Of a DNA stretch of 47,201 nt, positions 45,900 to 47,201 are shown one piece after another (the first letter of the stretch is position 1; the number at the start of each line of letters is the position of its first letter). The translations under genes were made by a program, and so were the position numbers. The notes beneath the pieces were generated by a model. The model saw only the letters and a program-made list of their open reading frames with translations. It had not been told where the DNA came from and made no database searches. The stretch is from positions 20,257,802 through 20,305,002 of the forward strand of contig NC_069005.1 in the NCBI RefSeq assembly GCF_001194135.2, in the 5' to 3' direction. The stretch is from Octopus bimaculoides. Taxonomy: Eukaryota.

Positions 45900-47164
45900 A
45901 TGTATATATATATATATATACACATACATACATGCATACATACACAGCTAAGCACTTTATGGATGTGAAACTAATGGTCAGAGTGACCATTGGTTCCTCT
46001 CTGATCGGCCATAACAATTAAATTCCTAATATATATATACATATATATATATATATGTATATATGATGGACGTTAAATGATGATGATGATATATATATAT
46101 AAGTGTGTGTGTGTTTGTCTCTCACCACTTGACAATGTTGGTGTGTTGATGTCCCCATACCTCAGCAGTTCGTAGAACATATGCAGAATACAATTTGTTT
46201 TCTACATATGATAATGAGAAAAACCGTTTTTATAAATTTTTTTAACTCCCCCCACCAAATCCCTAAAGTTCCACTCTTTTTCGAATTAAAAAAAAAATCA
46301 GTGTTTAAAATATGAAGAGTCTGAATTTTTTGCTTAAATCCAAGCAATGGACCACCCTTAAGTGCATCATCATTCCATTAAATATGTTTATAGGGGGAAA
46401 AATATTGAAAAACATCAATACATGTCAGAGTGACAAAGAAGCAAGGAAGGTATCAGGTTGTCATGAGATGTGCTAAAAACAGCAGTTAAATTGCTCTTAA
46501 ATCACACACACACACACAAATTTTTTTATATAATCATATGAATTCCTGTGTATAGAACGCAAATTCGCAAAAATTTTATAAAAATTCCCAAAATTAAAAA
46601 TGTTTTGAGGAATTAGATGTGGTGCTTAAACCAGAACTTCACCCAAAAGTCTAACAGGAGAACTAGCACATGGTTATGTGCTGCTTCTGTTGATATCTCC
46701 CAGAGTGATGCACACTAAGTTTCCTGCAACTGTGATGGTTTTAAGGAGTGGTGAGTAATAAAGGTTATGTCATGCCACTTCACATCTTTCTGTAAGGTTT
46801 CACAAAGCCCATGTAAGACCAAACTGGTGGCTTCAGAAACCACCAGACTCAAATACCACAGGCTTCTATATTGTGAGCATTGTTCCAAGGGAGACTAATC
46901 TCATCCTGACAATATAGCTTCAATGAAGGTCATCATTATCCAAGTGATATCCGAAATGAATAAAGACTATTTACTGCAATAGTCATCAAAGCTGAATGTG
47001 GATACATAGAACAATCTTATAAAGAAGCTTATGGAGAACTTGTATACAAATCTATATCAAAAACATTTGGCTTTGGTCAGACTAGAGTTTTTTAAATTTT
47101 ATTAAATTATTAGATATGTCCTCAAATATCTTTCATCCACTGCATGTGTGTGTACATACATAAA

Positions 47165-47200
<36 letters not shown>

Positions 47201-47201
47201 T

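Overview
AT-rich, repeat-dense animal genomic DNA. The (TA)n/(CA)n microsatellites, tRNA-derived SINEs, RTE, Penelope, mariner and R4/Dong remnants suggest a cephalopod (Octopus-like); that assignment is inference. There are seven N-gaps (6693-7576, 8257-8266, 11400-11780, 14660-14968, 17733-17742, 25497-26408, 35323-35685). One host gene is present: a + strand FET-family RNA-binding protein gene (FUS/EWSR1/TAF15, Drosophila cabeza-like). I could thread 17 coding exons by hand from ATG 14114 to TAG 39431, with consistent phases and GT-AG sites except the exon 16 acceptor, which lies in a gap. The product is at least 550 aa: SYGQ-rich low-complexity domain, RGG, RRM, RGG, RanBP2 zinc finger, RGG, and a PY-NLS ending RPRPYP. 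None of the supplied ORFs covers it. Main items for a second look: (1) two complete type I hammerhead ribozyme folds, plus partial ones, among Penelope-like remnants upstream of the gene; (2) a candidate 38-nt stop-containing poison exon in the intron equivalent to FUS intron 6, just upstream of a 38-nt frame-shifting RGGFNK exon, suggesting a conserved NMD autoregulatory module; (3) a perfect 70-bp direct repeat bracketing the NLS-encoding last exon; (4) inverted TE pairs flanking exons 13-16; (5) an inverted tRNA-Thr-like pair with one-sided CpG decay and a perfect 52-bp foldback.
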